A stretch of 63,788 nt of DNA, filler included, from Octopus bimaculoides (GCF_001194135.2; 6 parts of 6 records of this genome joined end to end with filler, not necessarily neighbours in it); one strand, 5' to 3'. Positions 38,323 to 61,815 are shown, counted from the whole stretch's first letter. Notes: generated by a model not told the origin, from the letters alone. Translations and numbers: made by a program.

Positions 38323-38744
38323 AAAACAACTCTCATTTAAATTCAATCTCCATCTTCTATGTATCACACTATATACAGGATAATTCAAATTTATCAATCT
38401 TTAAAATAATGTCCGATATAAATATTGGTTGGTTGGTTGCTTGCTTGCTTGAATGATTTTTTCAGTCACACTTTGCGTCATATAGAGAGAAGAGAGAGAA
38501 AGCAAAAGAAACACACAAAGAGTTAGCGTAAGAGGTGCCGGATGAGTGCTCATACTAGGCTTGGTGACGCAAAATGAGTAAAGAACGCCACTACACACAC
38601 AGTGGGATAGAAAGACTAAAAGAGACTGATGAAGACGGGGAGGAGGAAGAGGACGGGGACGAAGAGGTTGGGGCGGAAGAGGGAAGGAGTGGAGGGTGGG
38701 AGACTAGAGAGGGGAGAAGGGGGAGGAGCGAGAGGGGGCAGAAT

Positions 38745-39405
38745 GAAGGATATAATCGACTGGTCCCCTCCTTGTGCCTATAGTAGAAAGAACTATTATA
38801 ATTTAGTTTCAGTGGGGAAAGCTGGCAGAATCGTTAGCATGCTGGATGGAATGCTCAGCGATATTTCTCCCGTCGCTACGTTTTGAGTTCAAATTCCGTC
38901 GAGGTCGACTTTGCCTTTCATCCTTTCGGGGGTCCATAAAATAAGAACCAGTTAAACACTGGGTTCGAAAATTGCTGCCCTTGTGGCAAAATTCGAAACC
39001 ATATAACTTCATAGTAAAGTGGCGTGCTGGCAGAACTGTCGAGTAAAATGTTTAGCAGCATTTCCTCCCTCTTTGCGTTCTGGGTTCTAATTCCGCTGAG
39101 GTCGACTTTGCCTTTCATTCTTTCGGGGTCGAAAAAATAAGTATCAGTCGAGTACTGCGGTGAATGTAAAGGCCTTAGCCCCTCCACCATCATTATGACT
39201 TCATAGTAAGTCTGCGAGCTGGCAGAATCGTTAGCAGGACGGGGGAAATGCTTAGCGGCATCTCATCCGTGATTACGTTCTGAGTTCAAATTCAGTTGTG
39301 GTTGACTCTACCTCTCATCCTTTCGGGGATCGGTAAAATAAATACTAGTTAAGTACTGGGAGTTCGATGTAATCTACTGGCTTCCACATCCAAAATTTCC
39401 AGCCA
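38745..39405 (+). mobile_element. Head-to-tail array of SINE family B copies (3' fragment plus copies starting near 38815, 39019 and 39211)
   Basis: Three GCTGGCAGAA heads; the middle copy is flanked by the 12-bp direct repeat ACTTCATAGTAA (39006-39017 and 39198-39209). Confidence 0.85.
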
Positions 39406-40117
39406 AACCAATTCGTTCTGTCTATCACACCCCCTACCTTATTTTCTGAGACACGACTCTTATTATTACAGACCTCACCTTCAATGAATTCATTTACTTC
39501 TTAATATAATTTCTACACCTCCAATTATCTGTTGTTTTTTTTTTATATATTACACATCACCGCAATTCTACAAGACTAATTTAGCACTGTAGAATCGCTT
39601 TATTAATTGAGAAAATTATTAGATAAGACGTTCCAATGCGTTTTAGAGTTTTCGACTTATTCTTAAAATTCTTTGACAAGAATTGTGTTATATTCGTGCA
39701 AATATCGTCCTCCTGATAAACTCTTATGGAGATTTATCATTTCTTCCCAACACTTTGTCGAACAGCTATGTCTTATGAAGTGGGTGATAATTATGAAGGT
39801 CGTAGTTCAGCTTAGGATCACACTTTAATGATGTGCTATCATAAATAGCTCCCAGTTTTTGCATTCAGTCGCGTCATGGTGTTACCTCACGTGTCTCTAT
39901 GGACTTTGCAGATTCGGACGATTGGTCACACATCTTCATCTAACACCATTCCTCTTCCTTCGTTCCTTCTCCCCACTTCTCCACTTTCTCTCTCTATCAC
40001 ATTTTCATCACACTCTCTCTCACTCGCTCTTTCTTTCTATCACATTCTCCTCCCTATCTCTCCCTCACTCTCTGTCTCTCTCTGTCACATTCTCCTCTCT
40101 CTCTCTCTCAATCACAT

Positions 40118-40158
<41 letters not shown>

Positions 40159-40633
40159 GCTCTCTCTCGTTCCTTCTCCCATTCAATCGGAATTCTATTC
40201 ACCCATGCTCTTTTATTCTTCCTTATTTCAGTTCCAATTGTGTATTGTGGTAACTGCATTATGTGTATTTATAAGAGAGAGACAGGGGGAGAGAGGGGGA
40301 GAGAGAGAGGAGAGAGGGTAAGACAGAGAAAGACAAACTAGGAGTAGTAGAGAGATATTTAGAGAGATGTAAGCTAGAAGGGGAAATAAAGACCAAGCAA
40401 AGACTGTGAATAACTGAATATTTATATGCATGCATACATGTACACGCGCGCGCGTGTGTGTGTATCTGTGTGTGTGTGTTTTTCTATGGGTCTGCAGGTG
40501 TGTGTGTGCGCTCATGCGATCGTTCGTAACGATATGCCGTTGTCCAATGGTCAGTTTGCTTACTTCAAGAACTCTCCAAATATTTGCATCTCTATTGGTT
40601 TCGTTACACATACACACACAAATATATATATAT

Positions 40634-40701
<68 letters not shown>

Positions 40702-40733
40702 GTGTGTATGTGTGTGTGCGCGTGTGTGCAAGC

Positions 40734-40797
<64 letters not shown>

Positions 40798-41128
40798 ATG
40801 ATATGTATGTATGTCTATGTATGTATATAGATGTATCCATACGTATACATATGTCTACATATATAACCCTTAATCTTTTTCTCTTTTTTTCTGATGAAAG
40901 TCTAACGTGCGAAACGTTAACATATTTTCTGCTTCCGTTAAAACATTAAGGTAATACTTTGTGAAATGTTGTTCTTCATGATTCGGACATTTTCATGCTT
41001 ATTGAATTTACATAATGCCCATATACACACACACACGCACACAAGCAGTTATGCGTATAGATGTTGATATATATATATGCATACAGATTAATACATATAT
41101 ATATGTGTGCGTGTATGTGTGTATATAT

Positions 41129-41161
<33 letters not shown>

Positions 41162-42089
41162 TAACCTTACATTCAAACACAAATGTATGTATACATATAT
41201 ATATATATATATATGTGTATATATCCATACATATATGCGTGTATACATATATATATATATATATAAACATGTATGTATGTATGCATGTATGTATGTATAT
41301 ATATATATANNNNNNNNNNNNNNNNNNNNNNNNNNNNNNNNNNNNNNNNNNNNNNNNNNNNNNNNNNNNNNNNNNNNNNNNNNNNNNNNNNNNNNNNNNN
41401 NNNNNNNNNNNNNNNNNNNNNNNNNNNNNNNNNNNNNNNNNNNNNNNNNNNNNNNNNNNNNNNNNNNNNNNNNNNNNNNNNNNNNNNNNNNNNNNNNNNN
41501 NNNNNNNNNNNNNNNNNNNNNNNNNNNNNNNNNNNNNNNNNNNNNNNNNNNNNNNNNNNNNNNNNNNNNNNNNNNNNNNNNNNNNNNNNNNNNNNNNNNN
41601 NNNNNNNNNNNNNNNNNNNNNNNNNNNNNNNNNNNNNNNNNNNNNNNNNNNNNNNNNNNNNNNNNNNNNNNNNNNNNNNNNNNNNNNNNNNNNNNNNNNN
41701 NNNNNNNNNNNNNNNNNNNNNNNNNNNNNNNNNNNNNNNNNNNNNNNNNNNNNNNNNNNNNNNNNNNNNNNNNNNNNNNNNNNNNNNNNNNNNNNNNNNN
41801 NNNNNNNNNNNNNNNNNNNNNNNNNNNNNNNNNNNNNNNNNNNNNNNNNNNNNNNNNNNNNNNNNNNNNNNNNNNNNNNNNNNNNNNNNNNNNNNNNNNN
41901 NNNNNNNNNNNNNNNNNNNNNNNNNNNNNNNNNNNNNNNNNNNNNNNNNNNNNNNNNNNNNNNNNNNNNNNNNNNNNNNNNNNNNNNNNNNNNNNNNNNN
42001 NNNNNNNNNNNNNNNNNNNNNNNNNNNNNNNNNNNNNNNNNNNNNNNNNNNNNNNNNNNNNNNNNNNNNNNNNNNNNNNNNNNNNNNNN

Positions 42090-42127
<38 letters not shown>

Positions 42128-42597
42128 GCATATAGAGATTGAAACGGACTGATTGAGTGAGACAGAGAATAATATAAATACATGCGCATATATGTACACA
42201 CATAAGCATATGTATATGTATGTATATATGTATGTACGTGTGTGTGTTTGCATATATATATGTCCTACAACGGCTGGACTTCTGGTATGTTTATAGGAGA
42301 TGTGATTTCAAGTCCCGCGGACAGCCTTCCACTTTTTGTATCCCCGCAAAAAAGATTTTTCAACCCAATATTTACATGCTATTATTCAAATGTACTTCGA
42401 GAACCAATTCCAAAAAAGAATTATTCCACGTTCACTGAAAACTTTCTAAATTCTTATGATGTCAACAATGTGAATATGTGTTTGTATGCCCAGTTATATA
42501 TAAACAATCTAACATTGATATGAACGAGTACTCAATATCTTTTTGTAGCGTACAGAGTGAGATACTCAATAAAAATTACAGAATGTTATTAGATTTC

Positions 42598-42659
<62 letters not shown>

Positions 42660-42673
42660 GCATCATTATTATT

Positions 42674-43302
42674 CAGCAGTTTTATTTTTATCACGTGTTT
42701 TCACTGCACTATCGAGCGCAGCTCTGTGTGCCTTGGGTATGTGCTGTGGTATAGTTACTCTATTGAAAGCATTTTTCGTAGGATGTGTGCGGTGCCTAGT
42801 AGTGCTATTTTCTGTATGTTATATATATTTGTTAGTCCTGGGGTTTTTCTTATGTATTTGTCTGAATATATTTTTTTATCATTCCTAATGCGCCCTCTAT
42901 GATAGAAATTGTTTCTGTTTTTAGGCTCCACATTCGAGTTACCTCTATTCTTTGTATTCCTCTATTTCTTTGTATTTTGAAATTTTCTCTTTTAGAGAGA
43001 TATCGTCATCTGATGGTATTGATATATCGATTAGAAAGCATTTTATTTTCTTGATGATCTCTGACAACAGTATCCGGCATTTTGGCCGTAATTTCTCTAT
43101 CTGTATGTATTGGCATATCCCAGAGTATGATGGTTGCCTTCTCATTTTCTGTGACCTTTTCTGGTGTGTGCCTATGCCATCTTTTTTCTGTTGTTATTCC
43201 ATAGTATTGGCATAGCTTCCAGCGTATGTAGGTTCCAACTCTGTCGTGTCTGTGAATATATTCCTTCTCAGCCAGGACTGGGCAGCCAGAGACCATATGA
43301 TT
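42674..43302 (-). mobile_element. 5'-truncated R4/Dong-like LINE between two (TAA)n arrays
   Basis: HMVSGCPVLAEKEYIHRHDRVG..ILWDMPIHTDREITAKMPDTVV..LIDISIPSD..KISKYK..LLGTAHILRKMLSIE* (stop near 42755), then 3'UTR and (AAT)n. Confidence 0.88.
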
Positions 43303-43310
43303 TATTGTTG

Positions 43311-43365
<55 letters not shown>

Positions 43366-43439
43366 TACCTTTGTTGCGGCTATTGATACGTTGCAGCCTT
43401 TCTAATTATTTCTTTTCTTTCTTTTTGTTACCGTTTCAG

Positions 43440-51889
<8,450 letters not shown>

Positions 51890-52139
51890 ACCCTATGAAC
51901 TTGTGCAGATTTCTACATCTGTGATATTATATTTTCAAGCTTATGTGTCCTGAACAGACAAAGAGGGAGAGAGACAGAGAGAGAGAAAGAGAGAGAGAGA
52001 TGGACAGAAATAGAAAGAAGGGGAAAAGAAAGAGGGAAACAAGAACAATGAAAGAAAGTTTGAAGGAAAGAAAATGAAGAAATTAATTGCTATGAAACGA
52101 AATAATGCAAAGGAATTATAAAATGCAAAAAAAAAAAAT

Positions 52140-52236
52140 AATAAAATAATTAATATTGATGAATATTTTGAAGACTGACCATTATTTCGGACAGGAAAGT
52201 ATAATGGTCAGAATGGAAGTAAAAGAGAAAAATAAA
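52140..52236 (+). terminator. Candidate polyadenylation signals of the CaM-like gene
   Basis: AATAAA at 52140-52145 and 52231-52236, 250-350 nt after the stop; AT-rich context makes chance hits likely. Confidence 0.2.
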
Positions 52237-53029
52237 ACAAAAATGTGGAAGAAGAGAAAGAAAAAGATATTAATGATAAAAATAATAATAGTAAGTAAAT
52301 AGTAATTGAAAATACTTCTTTAAAAAAAGAGAACGGAAAAATATAAAAATACACTTCGATCGGTATGGAAAAGCAATTTGACGATTTAATAAAGCTAATG
52401 ATCATGATGATGATGACAATAACAATGACAGTTATGGCTATTATATTTATATATATATATAGTCGATTGTAATAATGATTGTCATAATACTTTTTTAATG
52501 GACGCGAAGAAACAAGGCGAAATGTTATTGTCAGTGGCCATTACGAAGGGAGATAACTTGGTGTCAGAACTTTCCAGCATATACTTCCGGTTGCTCTGGA
52601 TGTATGAAAATATACGAAAATATATCAAAATATGTGAAACTATGAAAATTTATGAAAATTCTCCCTTTAAATTTTTGCCGTGTCTTGCAATCGGATTCGG
52701 TTTGGGCTTTTAAAAATATATTTCAAAACAGAAAAATGAAAATATGTTTCTGTAAAACCAAAATGAAGAAAAAGAAGTTTAAAGGCTGTGGAATGGAAAA
52801 TACATTTTCTCTCTCTCTCTCTCCCTCTTTCTCTGTACAGTCAATGTTCGTTCGTTGGGGTTTTTCTTTCTCCCCATTCCTCTTCTTTTTTCTTCTTTTC
52901 CTTCATTGTCTTATCGTTACAGAAATCCTGCCTATCGGCACATTTTGGGGCTTTTTTTTTTCTTTGCTTATTAATTTTTTTCTTATTATTCTTATCTTAT
53001 TCTTCATCTTATTCTTGTACTCTTTCATA

Positions 53030-53115
53030 TAAAACTATTATTACTACTACTACTTCTACTATAACTGATACTACAACCAGAACTATTATTATTATTGTTA
53101 TTATTATCATTATTA

Positions 53116-53173
<58 letters not shown>

Positions 53174-53438
53174 CAGCATCACCATCATCGCCATCATCAT
53201 CATCATCCTCATCAACATCATCATCATTATTATTGTAAATTTCGTTAACATGTATTTAACAATATAGATAATAACCGTTGAAAACAACACTACAAGTGAG
53301 AGTTTCCCTACTACTACTACTACTACTACTACTACTATCGCAACACAACCGCCGCCACCTTCAGTATTATTACTACAAAGCTATATCACTCTTTTATCAA
53401 TACTAAGTAACTAAAATAATAATAATGATAATAATAAC

Positions 53439-53508
<70 letters not shown>

Positions 53509-53715
53509 CTGGGCAATTAACGATCTAGAAGGAAAAAAATCAAAAATGTCTTGTAAACTATTAACAACTTGTTTGTTTTTTTTTTATAAGAAATNNNNNN
53601 NNNNAGAGATTGTTTCCCTTTTAATAGTTACCCACCAGGAGCACACCACGTGTCCGAAATAATAATAATAATTGTAATTGTAATAATAATAATAATAATT
53701 TTAATAATAATAATT

Positions 53716-53775
<60 letters not shown>

Positions 53776-53890
53776 GTAATGGTTCCTTTTATTGGCCACA
53801 AGGGTCCAAGACGTTGAGGACAATAATTTAAATCTAGAGCAGCTCATTCAAAGTGATGTGTATACAAGAGAAATTAACCGACTAATAATG

Positions 53891-53921
<31 letters not shown>

Positions 53922-54146
53922 TAATAATAATAATAATAACAATAATAATAATAATAATAATAATAACAACAATAATAACAATAATGATAATACTAATATC
54001 ACGCAGATGAGTAACTAGTGTCGTTTGAAATTTCAAACATAACTCTTGGCTTGTGAGGTGAAACTTTTATTCCTCCCTTATATTTTTTATTATTTTTCTA
54101 TAATCATTATTATTATTACTATTGTTATCATTATCATCATTATTAC

Positions 54147-54205
<59 letters not shown>

Positions 54206-54211
54206 GTAGTA

Positions 54212-54299
<88 letters not shown>

Positions 54300-54325
54300 T
54301 GATGATAATGATAATTATACAAATA
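53030..54325. repeat. Dense block of (ATT)n, (AAT)n and (ACT)n arrays downstream of the CaM-like gene
   Basis: Directly visible. Confidence 0.9.
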
Positions 54326-56099
54326 ATTAATTTGTTTTATAATATTCCCAGTAAACAACAGACATGTAATATGTATGGCAATTGCGTTACCTGATGCTGG
54401 TGAATGTCAAGATAATTCTAATGATGATGACGATGACGATGTGTAAGAGGAAGTAGGATGAAGACAACGATGATGATGATAATAAACAGCAAACTCTAGA
54501 TCGCGATATCTATATTTATATTGTGTGGATGTATGTGTGTGTGTATATGTATGCACCTATATATATATATATATATATATATNNNNNNNNNNNNNNNNNN
54601 NNNNNNNNNNNNNNNNNNNNNNNNNNTTAATTAATTAANNNNNNNNNNNNNNNNNNNNNNNNNNNNNNNNNNNNNNNNNNNNCACCACACCATAACTATT
54701 ATAACCGCTGCCGCCACCACCACCACCACCAACACTATCACTACTCCCACCACTACCTCCATCACTTTCACCACCACCACCGATCGTCCCATCCGTCCGT
54801 CACTTTATCCGGAAGTACTGATGCAGTCGACTGAACGTCAGCAGAAAAAGACGTCCTCGGTTCTTTGAGGACATTAAATTGGGGAGGAACCTGATTGTTA
54901 ATAACACCGCCTACTCAACGAGCATCATTGAGCACTGCCCCCCCCCCCACTAATATGAAGCAAAACTAAACAGTAAGATGGAAAATAATGTTTATTTTTG
55001 TTTACTTCCATTTTATTTATATTTGTATAGTTTTCTCCTACTTTTTTTCTTTTTAATTGCAAAGTCTTTTGATCAAATCCTTGCTGAGACACCATGGACA
55101 CTTTGGAATCGTATTTCCAATCATATAAAACCACTTTGAATACCATTTGAGCGACGTACTGGCAGCCTCGACAAAACGCCGGGCAAATACAACACCAAAC
55201 AGGGCCGGATTAAGGGCCATAGAGGCCCCAAGCACTTAAAAGAGTTTGGTGCCACCATATATATGTTATTCAAAAGTTAAACCATAAAACAAATTTCGAT
55301 TTGACCCAAAACTCTGTTTGTAAAGCGTCCTCCGACTTCTTTTAATTGCAAAGTCTTTGATCAGGAGATAAAGGCATCCCGAATATTATTTTAGCAAGTT
55401 TGAATTGATTTCTTTCGTGCCGTAAACCATTTACCATTTCTGTGGTGCTCCCCACCACGACTCCTTATTTGGTACCCTTAGCACGCGCTTATCTTGCTTA
55501 ATGGTTAATCCAAGCATTTCACCTGGGCATCGAGTGAACCCTGATTCCTACAAATCCTCTAATGTCTATTTATGCATGTTTGTTTTCGAAGACGTTCCGG
55601 CCGTGACCTTACGTTTTCTTTTTGATATTTAGATAAGATCTGGTGTATCAACTATACATTATGCTATCAGATTGCAGATAGTTGTATGGGATATAGTAAT
55701 AGCGGTAATGTTAGCCGTTGTTGTTGTTGTTGTTGCTGCTGCTGCTGCTGTGGTTCAGCTGTTGTTGTTGTTTAACATGAAGTCAACCTTGGTTTAAGCA
55801 GGATTATTGTGATCAAAGGCGTTCCACCTATGACCTCCCGCTATTTATTTTTCACCGAAGCCAGAATTACGTTACGTAATATGTCCTTCAGTTTTTTGAA
55901 GAAAATAGAGTTCTGCTCTGAGAGAGTTTGGCTGCTGTTACTAGCAAGTCGAACCGACCACATAGTGGCTCAGTGGTCCGCGTCATCTCCTTGGCGGTGG
56001 AAGTTCGACAGAGCAGAGGACACGATTCTTGTTGTTTTGGGCTATTAATCGTGGTGGTGGAAGTTGTAGTGGTCGCAGCAGCAATGTTGATGGCGACTG

Positions 56100-56106
56100 T
56101 ATTGCG

Positions 56107-56173
<67 letters not shown>

Positions 56174-56345
56174 TAGTGGTGGTGGGGGTGGTGGTGGAGA
56201 TGGTGGCGGTGGCGGTAGTCTCGGCGTTGATTACGATTGTGGTTGCGATAGTGGTACAGGTTGTAGTTGGGGGCTGGGGTGAAGATGGTAGTAGTAGCGG
56301 CAGTTGCGGGGGTTAGATGATGGTGGAGGTGGTGATTGTGTGTGT
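56100..56345. repeat. (GTA/GTG)n compound microsatellite
   Basis: Directly visible. Confidence 0.9.
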
Positions 56346-56585
56346 GTATGTGTAAGTGTGTGTGTGTGGTGAGAAATAAGAAAGAGCCCCACGGTGAAGA
56401 GGGTTAAAGGTGAAAGGTGAGAGGTGAGAGGGGTGAAGGGTGTGGTGGGCGGACTAATATCCATTAATGAAACTGTATATCGTTTCTCTCACACTCGCAA
56501 CACCTTCCCTCCTTCATACGCACACACGCACACACATACTCACGCATACCTACACACACACACACACATATATATATATACGTAC

Positions 56586-56616
<31 letters not shown>

Positions 56617-57113
56617 AACACAAATATATGCGCGCGCATGTGTGTATATATATATATATATACGTGCACATATGTATCTATATTCATGTGTGTGTATCTA
56701 TATACATATACATATATATATGTGTATATGTTTATGTATATAGATGTGTCTATTTGTACAGGTGTACATATATANNNNNNNNNNNNNNNNNNNNNNNNNN
56801 NNNNNNNNNNNNNNNNNNTTAATTAATTAANNNNNNNNNNNNNNNNNNNNNNNNNNNNNNNNNNNNNNNNNNNNTAAACAAACCAACACGACAACTTTTA
56901 AGATGAAATAACTTCGAATATGAAATTTTTTCTCTGTTCTATAACACAAAATATACAAGTATACGAAGTTTTAAAGTGGTTCGGTAGAAAACACACTAAA
57001 TAAAACATAAATAAAAAGTGGCACCCGCCAAATCAGAGTGATCCATAGATAGATACATACATATATACATACATACATACATACATACATACAGGCAGGT
57101 AGACAGACACACG

Positions 57114-57179
<66 letters not shown>

Positions 57180-57406
57180 GAGTACTTTCGTATCCATTTC
57201 CGAATTTGTGTATCACTTATGATATCATTTCATATCTAATATTTGCATGCTTACAAAATAATTCCTTCGCCCCTTTATATATACACATACACAGAAGTAT
57301 GCATGTATGTACGTATGCATGCACGTTTGCATGTATGTACTTCTCTCCTGATACCTTTTCAAACTTCAATTTTTTTTACATTGACAGACTTACACAAGCA
57401 CACACA

Positions 57407-57459
<53 letters not shown>

Positions 57460-58159
57460 NNNNNNNNNNNNNNNNNNNNNNNNNNNNNNNNNNNNNNNNN
57501 NNNNNNNNNNNNNNNNNNNNNNNNNNNNNNNNNNNNNNNNNNNNNNNNNNNNNNNNNNNNNNNNNNNNNNNNNNNNNNNNNNNNNNNNNNNNNNNNNNNN
57601 NNNNNNNNNNNNNNNNNNNNNNNNNNNNNNNNNNNNNNNNNNNNNNNNNNNNNNNNNNNNNNNNNNNNNNNNNNNNNNNNNNNNNNNNNNNNNNNNNNNN
57701 NNNNNNNNNNNNNNNNNNNNNNNNNNNNNNNNNNNNNNNNNNNNNNNNNNNNNNNNNNNNNNNNNNNNNNNNNNNNNNNNNNNNNNNNNNNNNNNNNNNN
57801 NNNNNNNNNNNNNNNNNNNNNNNNNNNNNNNNNNNNNNNNNNNNNNNNNNNNNNNNNNNNNNNNNNNNNNNNNNNNNNNNNNNNNNNNNNNNNNNNNNNN
57901 NNNNNNNNNNNNNNNNNNNNNNNNNNNNNNNNNNNNNNNNNNNNNNNNNNNNNNNNNNNNNNNNNNNNNNNNNNNNNNNNNNNNNNNNNNNNNNNNNNNN
58001 NNNNNNNNNNNNNNNNNNNNNNNNNNNNNNNNNNNNNNNNNNNNNNNNNNNNNNNNNNNNNNNNNNNNNNNNNNNNNNNNNNNNNNNNNNNNNNNNNNNN
58101 NNNNNNNNNNNNNNNNNNNNNNNNNNNNNNNNNNNNNNNNNNNNNNNNNNNNNNNNNNN

Positions 58160-58199
<40 letters not shown>

Positions 58200-58369
58200 A
58201 ACCGTAAATTTCAGGTCATAAAAAGAAGTTATTTGGTGAGTTTTCTCTAAATTGTTTTAAACGCTTCGTGGCTTTTTTTTTCTAAATCTTAATTTATTTA
58301 TTTATATATTTATTCATTTATTTATACATTTATTTATTTATATATTTTGTACGTTCTTTCACCATTATC

Positions 58370-58575
58370 GAGATTATGATCATCGTTGTCATCATCACCA
58401 GCATCACCGTCATCACAATCGTTGTCGGCATCATCATCATCATCATCCTCATCATCATTAGCGTCGTCGTCATCGTCATCATCATCATCATCATTAGCGT
58501 CGTCGTCGTCTTCATCATCATCGTCATCATCATCATCATCATCATCATCACCAAGACCCTCGTCGTTATTATTAC
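58370..58575. repeat. (CAT/CGT)n compound microsatellite
   Basis: Directly visible. Confidence 0.9.
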
Positions 58576-58925
58576 TACTGTTGATTCTGTTGTTGTTTCT
58601 CGGAACATTTAATTATAACTTAATACTATTTCAAGTCTACGTGCGTATGCGTGTGCGTGCACGCGTCTTGGTGCATACATGCATGTAGGTATGTATGTAT
58701 GTATGTATGTATGTATGTATGTATGTATGTTTTTGCCTGTTTGCGCATTAAGGACTTCTACACGAATTTGCACGAGTAAACATGCATTCATGAATGCATG
58801 CATGCATATGTACCTATGCGCGCGAACGAGCGCACGTACATACTTACATATATCGGTATGCATATATAAGCATAGTCACACAAACACACACACACACACA
58901 CACATACACACACACACATATACAT

Positions 58926-58972
<47 letters not shown>

Positions 58973-59176
58973 NNNNNNNNNNNNNNNNNNNNNNNNNNNN
59001 NNNNNNNNNNNNNNNNTTAATTAATTAANNNNNNNNNNNNNNNNNNNNNNNNNNNNNNNNNNNNNNNNNNNNTGTGTGTGTGTATGTATATGCACACAAA
59101 TATGTAGCCATATAGCTGAATACATATATAAATATATATATACATACATATATACATACATACATACATACACACA

Positions 59177-59240
<64 letters not shown>

Positions 59241-59414
59241 GTAGCATAGGCAAACATGCATCATTATTTTTGGTTGTTTCTTGTCCAAGAATTTCAATTT
59301 CCTCCTGAGTGAGTCGAGACACCACGTTGATGGTGTTGATGACTGAGAAAGACCAATACTCGAGCGAAACAGACGGGAATAAAGACACCATAAAAAAGTT
59401 GGCAGATGGTGTGG

Positions 59415-59446
<32 letters not shown>

Positions 59447-60084
59447 ACATCTTACGTTTTGTTTCTTTTGTCTTCGAAAAGTTTAGTTAATTGGAACAGT
59501 TTTGATCTCGGTTCCAGCTGCCATTTTGAAGATTGGCTTTGGCTGTTGTTTCTAACGACGGTAAGAGCACCCCCGCAGTTCTTTCTCGGTGGTTAATTCA
59601 CTGAACAAGATTTAACAAGGGTATATCTCATATTCTAAACACCTCATGCCCTGACCAACAGCTTCTATGTTCTATAATGGTCGATTCTATGCTTCCAGAG
59701 TTGAATTTTCCTAGTAAAGCTTTGTTGATTACATAACCCTTTCATGTAACGCTTAAAATAGTCTGGCTTTTTGGTGTCCTGATTATAAAAGCGCCCATGT
59801 TTCACGACCACCTAGCAATGCCGACAGCTTTATAAATCATATATCATTTTTGGCGTCCAATTTTTTCTTCTTAAACACACATTTTGCTTTACATTTGGCT
59901 AAGCACTGCGCTTTTTCATCTAAATTAAGCGCCATGATTATTTTCGTTTTAGGATTAACGTTATCATTAACGTAAGGGCTGCCCCAACCCGGTACTTTTG
60001 TGAGAGGTTGATCATAAAGATCTTAACACACCTACCTTTGTTTAGTTTGTGTAGGTTTGTTTTTTTGTCTTGTCTGAAACTGTG

Positions 60085-60222
60085 TGGATTTGTTTGAGAC
60101 AAGATTTTGGTCGGCCCGAGGCCATAGTAGAAGACACTTGCCCTAGGTGCCACGTAGTGGGACTGAACCCGGAACCATGTGGTTGAGAAGCAAGCTACTT
60201 TCCACACAGCCACCCCTGCATC
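60085..60222 (-). mobile_element. SINE family A, 5' half (another fragment at about 60410-60455)
   Basis: Reverse complement of the tRNA-like head and GGCACCTAGGGCAAGTGTCTTC body. Confidence 0.82.
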
Positions 60223-60539
60223 TAGTAATAGTTTCTATCCATTTAAAAGAAGAAAAGAAAATGGAAATAAGAAAGTTAACAATTGTTTATTTGTTTATTT
60301 GAAGCGAAGATGACCAATTCGTTAATTTGTTAATAATAAACAATTATTAATTTCCTTATCTCCAATTTCTCCTTATTCTTTGAAGTATATACATCCAGAA
60401 AATTCACTCACAAGGCATTGGTGAGTTTGGGGTTGTAGTAGAAGACACCCAAAGTTGCAGCATCTGTAGTCTTCTGCTTTCTCCATCCCCGTCCAACGAC
60501 GAAGTCGACAGCAAAAACAAAGGGTTTCGAATTCTGGCT

Positions 60540-60745
60540 CAGGGCCAGCAATTTTGAGGGGAGGGGTAAGTCAATTGCACCAACTCCAGTGATTGACTGC
60601 TACTCATTTTATCGATCATCGAGGGGTGGAGGGTGATGGGAAAAGTCGACCTCGGCAGAATTTGAACTCAGAACGTAAAAGGCCACAGAAAATCCTGCTA
60701 GGCGTTTTGCTCAACGCACTAACAATTCTACCAACTCACAGCCTG
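60540..60745 (-). mobile_element. SINE family B, diverged
   Basis: AAAGTCGACCTCGGCAGAATTTGAACTCAGAACGTAA. Confidence 0.8.
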
Positions 60746-61659
60746 AACAATCTACTACATATGTGGGAAATGGTGTCTGTGGAGTTGTTAGCTAACTCCT
60801 CCTACATCGTTTTATCGATTTTAATGAAACTTGACACGTGAGTAGAACTCATGTCTGGAAACCTCATGGCATACTCATATTGTTGAAAAAAAAATCGATA
60901 ATAGGGCCCCTGGAAGGAATCCTTATATGTATCTAATGTATTTTATTTTAACATCCAAGGGGAATAACCCATTCGCCCCTGGAAGGGATCCTTATATATA
61001 GCCAAAGGAGATAACCCATTCATTTCCCTAAATTATGTGGTTAGAGTTATTTTCGCAATTTATCCAGTATAACCCTTAAACAAGTAAATAGTATTTTCCT
61101 AAACAATAGATTCACTTCTTTCGGTTAGTGACTTATTCACGAATATACCAAAACTAGCGCCACTGAGGGTAATATTCTCTGCGAACGCACATAAGCTCTT
61201 TTCAGAGTTATTTACTTTGAATTGTTATTATCTCATATCTGATTAGCCTGTTATTACGTAACATGCTTCACGTATACATACCTTATTAGTATACATACCT
61301 TATTAGTATTTCCTCCTAAGTTCTATATACTCTGAGAACGCATTAAAGCCCTTTCGGGTCTATTTTACTTGAATTCTTACTATCGGGAAACTAGTTTCAT
61401 GTCATTACATAACTGACTTTACTAATTGGTTATTCATAACTTATTGGATATTCCTAAAAACAAGATCTTGTGTAAGACAGTTCGGCATTCTCTGTAAATG
61501 TACAAAAACCATTTTAAGGGCTACATACTTTGTATTGTTGTTATTGGATTAGCAAAACAACTATGAGAATGGAACCAAGACATAATCCTTGCTTTCCCCG
61601 GAATTACCGGGTACGTTGACTAGTGGCTTTAATAAAAGCTAAACATTATCCTCATTTTT

Positions 61660-61815
61660 CATCATCATCATCAACATCATCACCATCACCATTGCCATCG
61701 TCACCACCACCACTACCACCACCACACCACCGCCGCCGCCGCCGCCGCCGCCGCCGTCGTCGTCCTCCTCCTCCTCGTCCTCCTCCTCGTCCTCGTCCTC
61801 CTCCTCCTCATCATC
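61660..61815. repeat. (CAT)-(CAC)-(CGC)-(CCT) compound microsatellite
   Basis: Directly visible. Confidence 0.9.
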
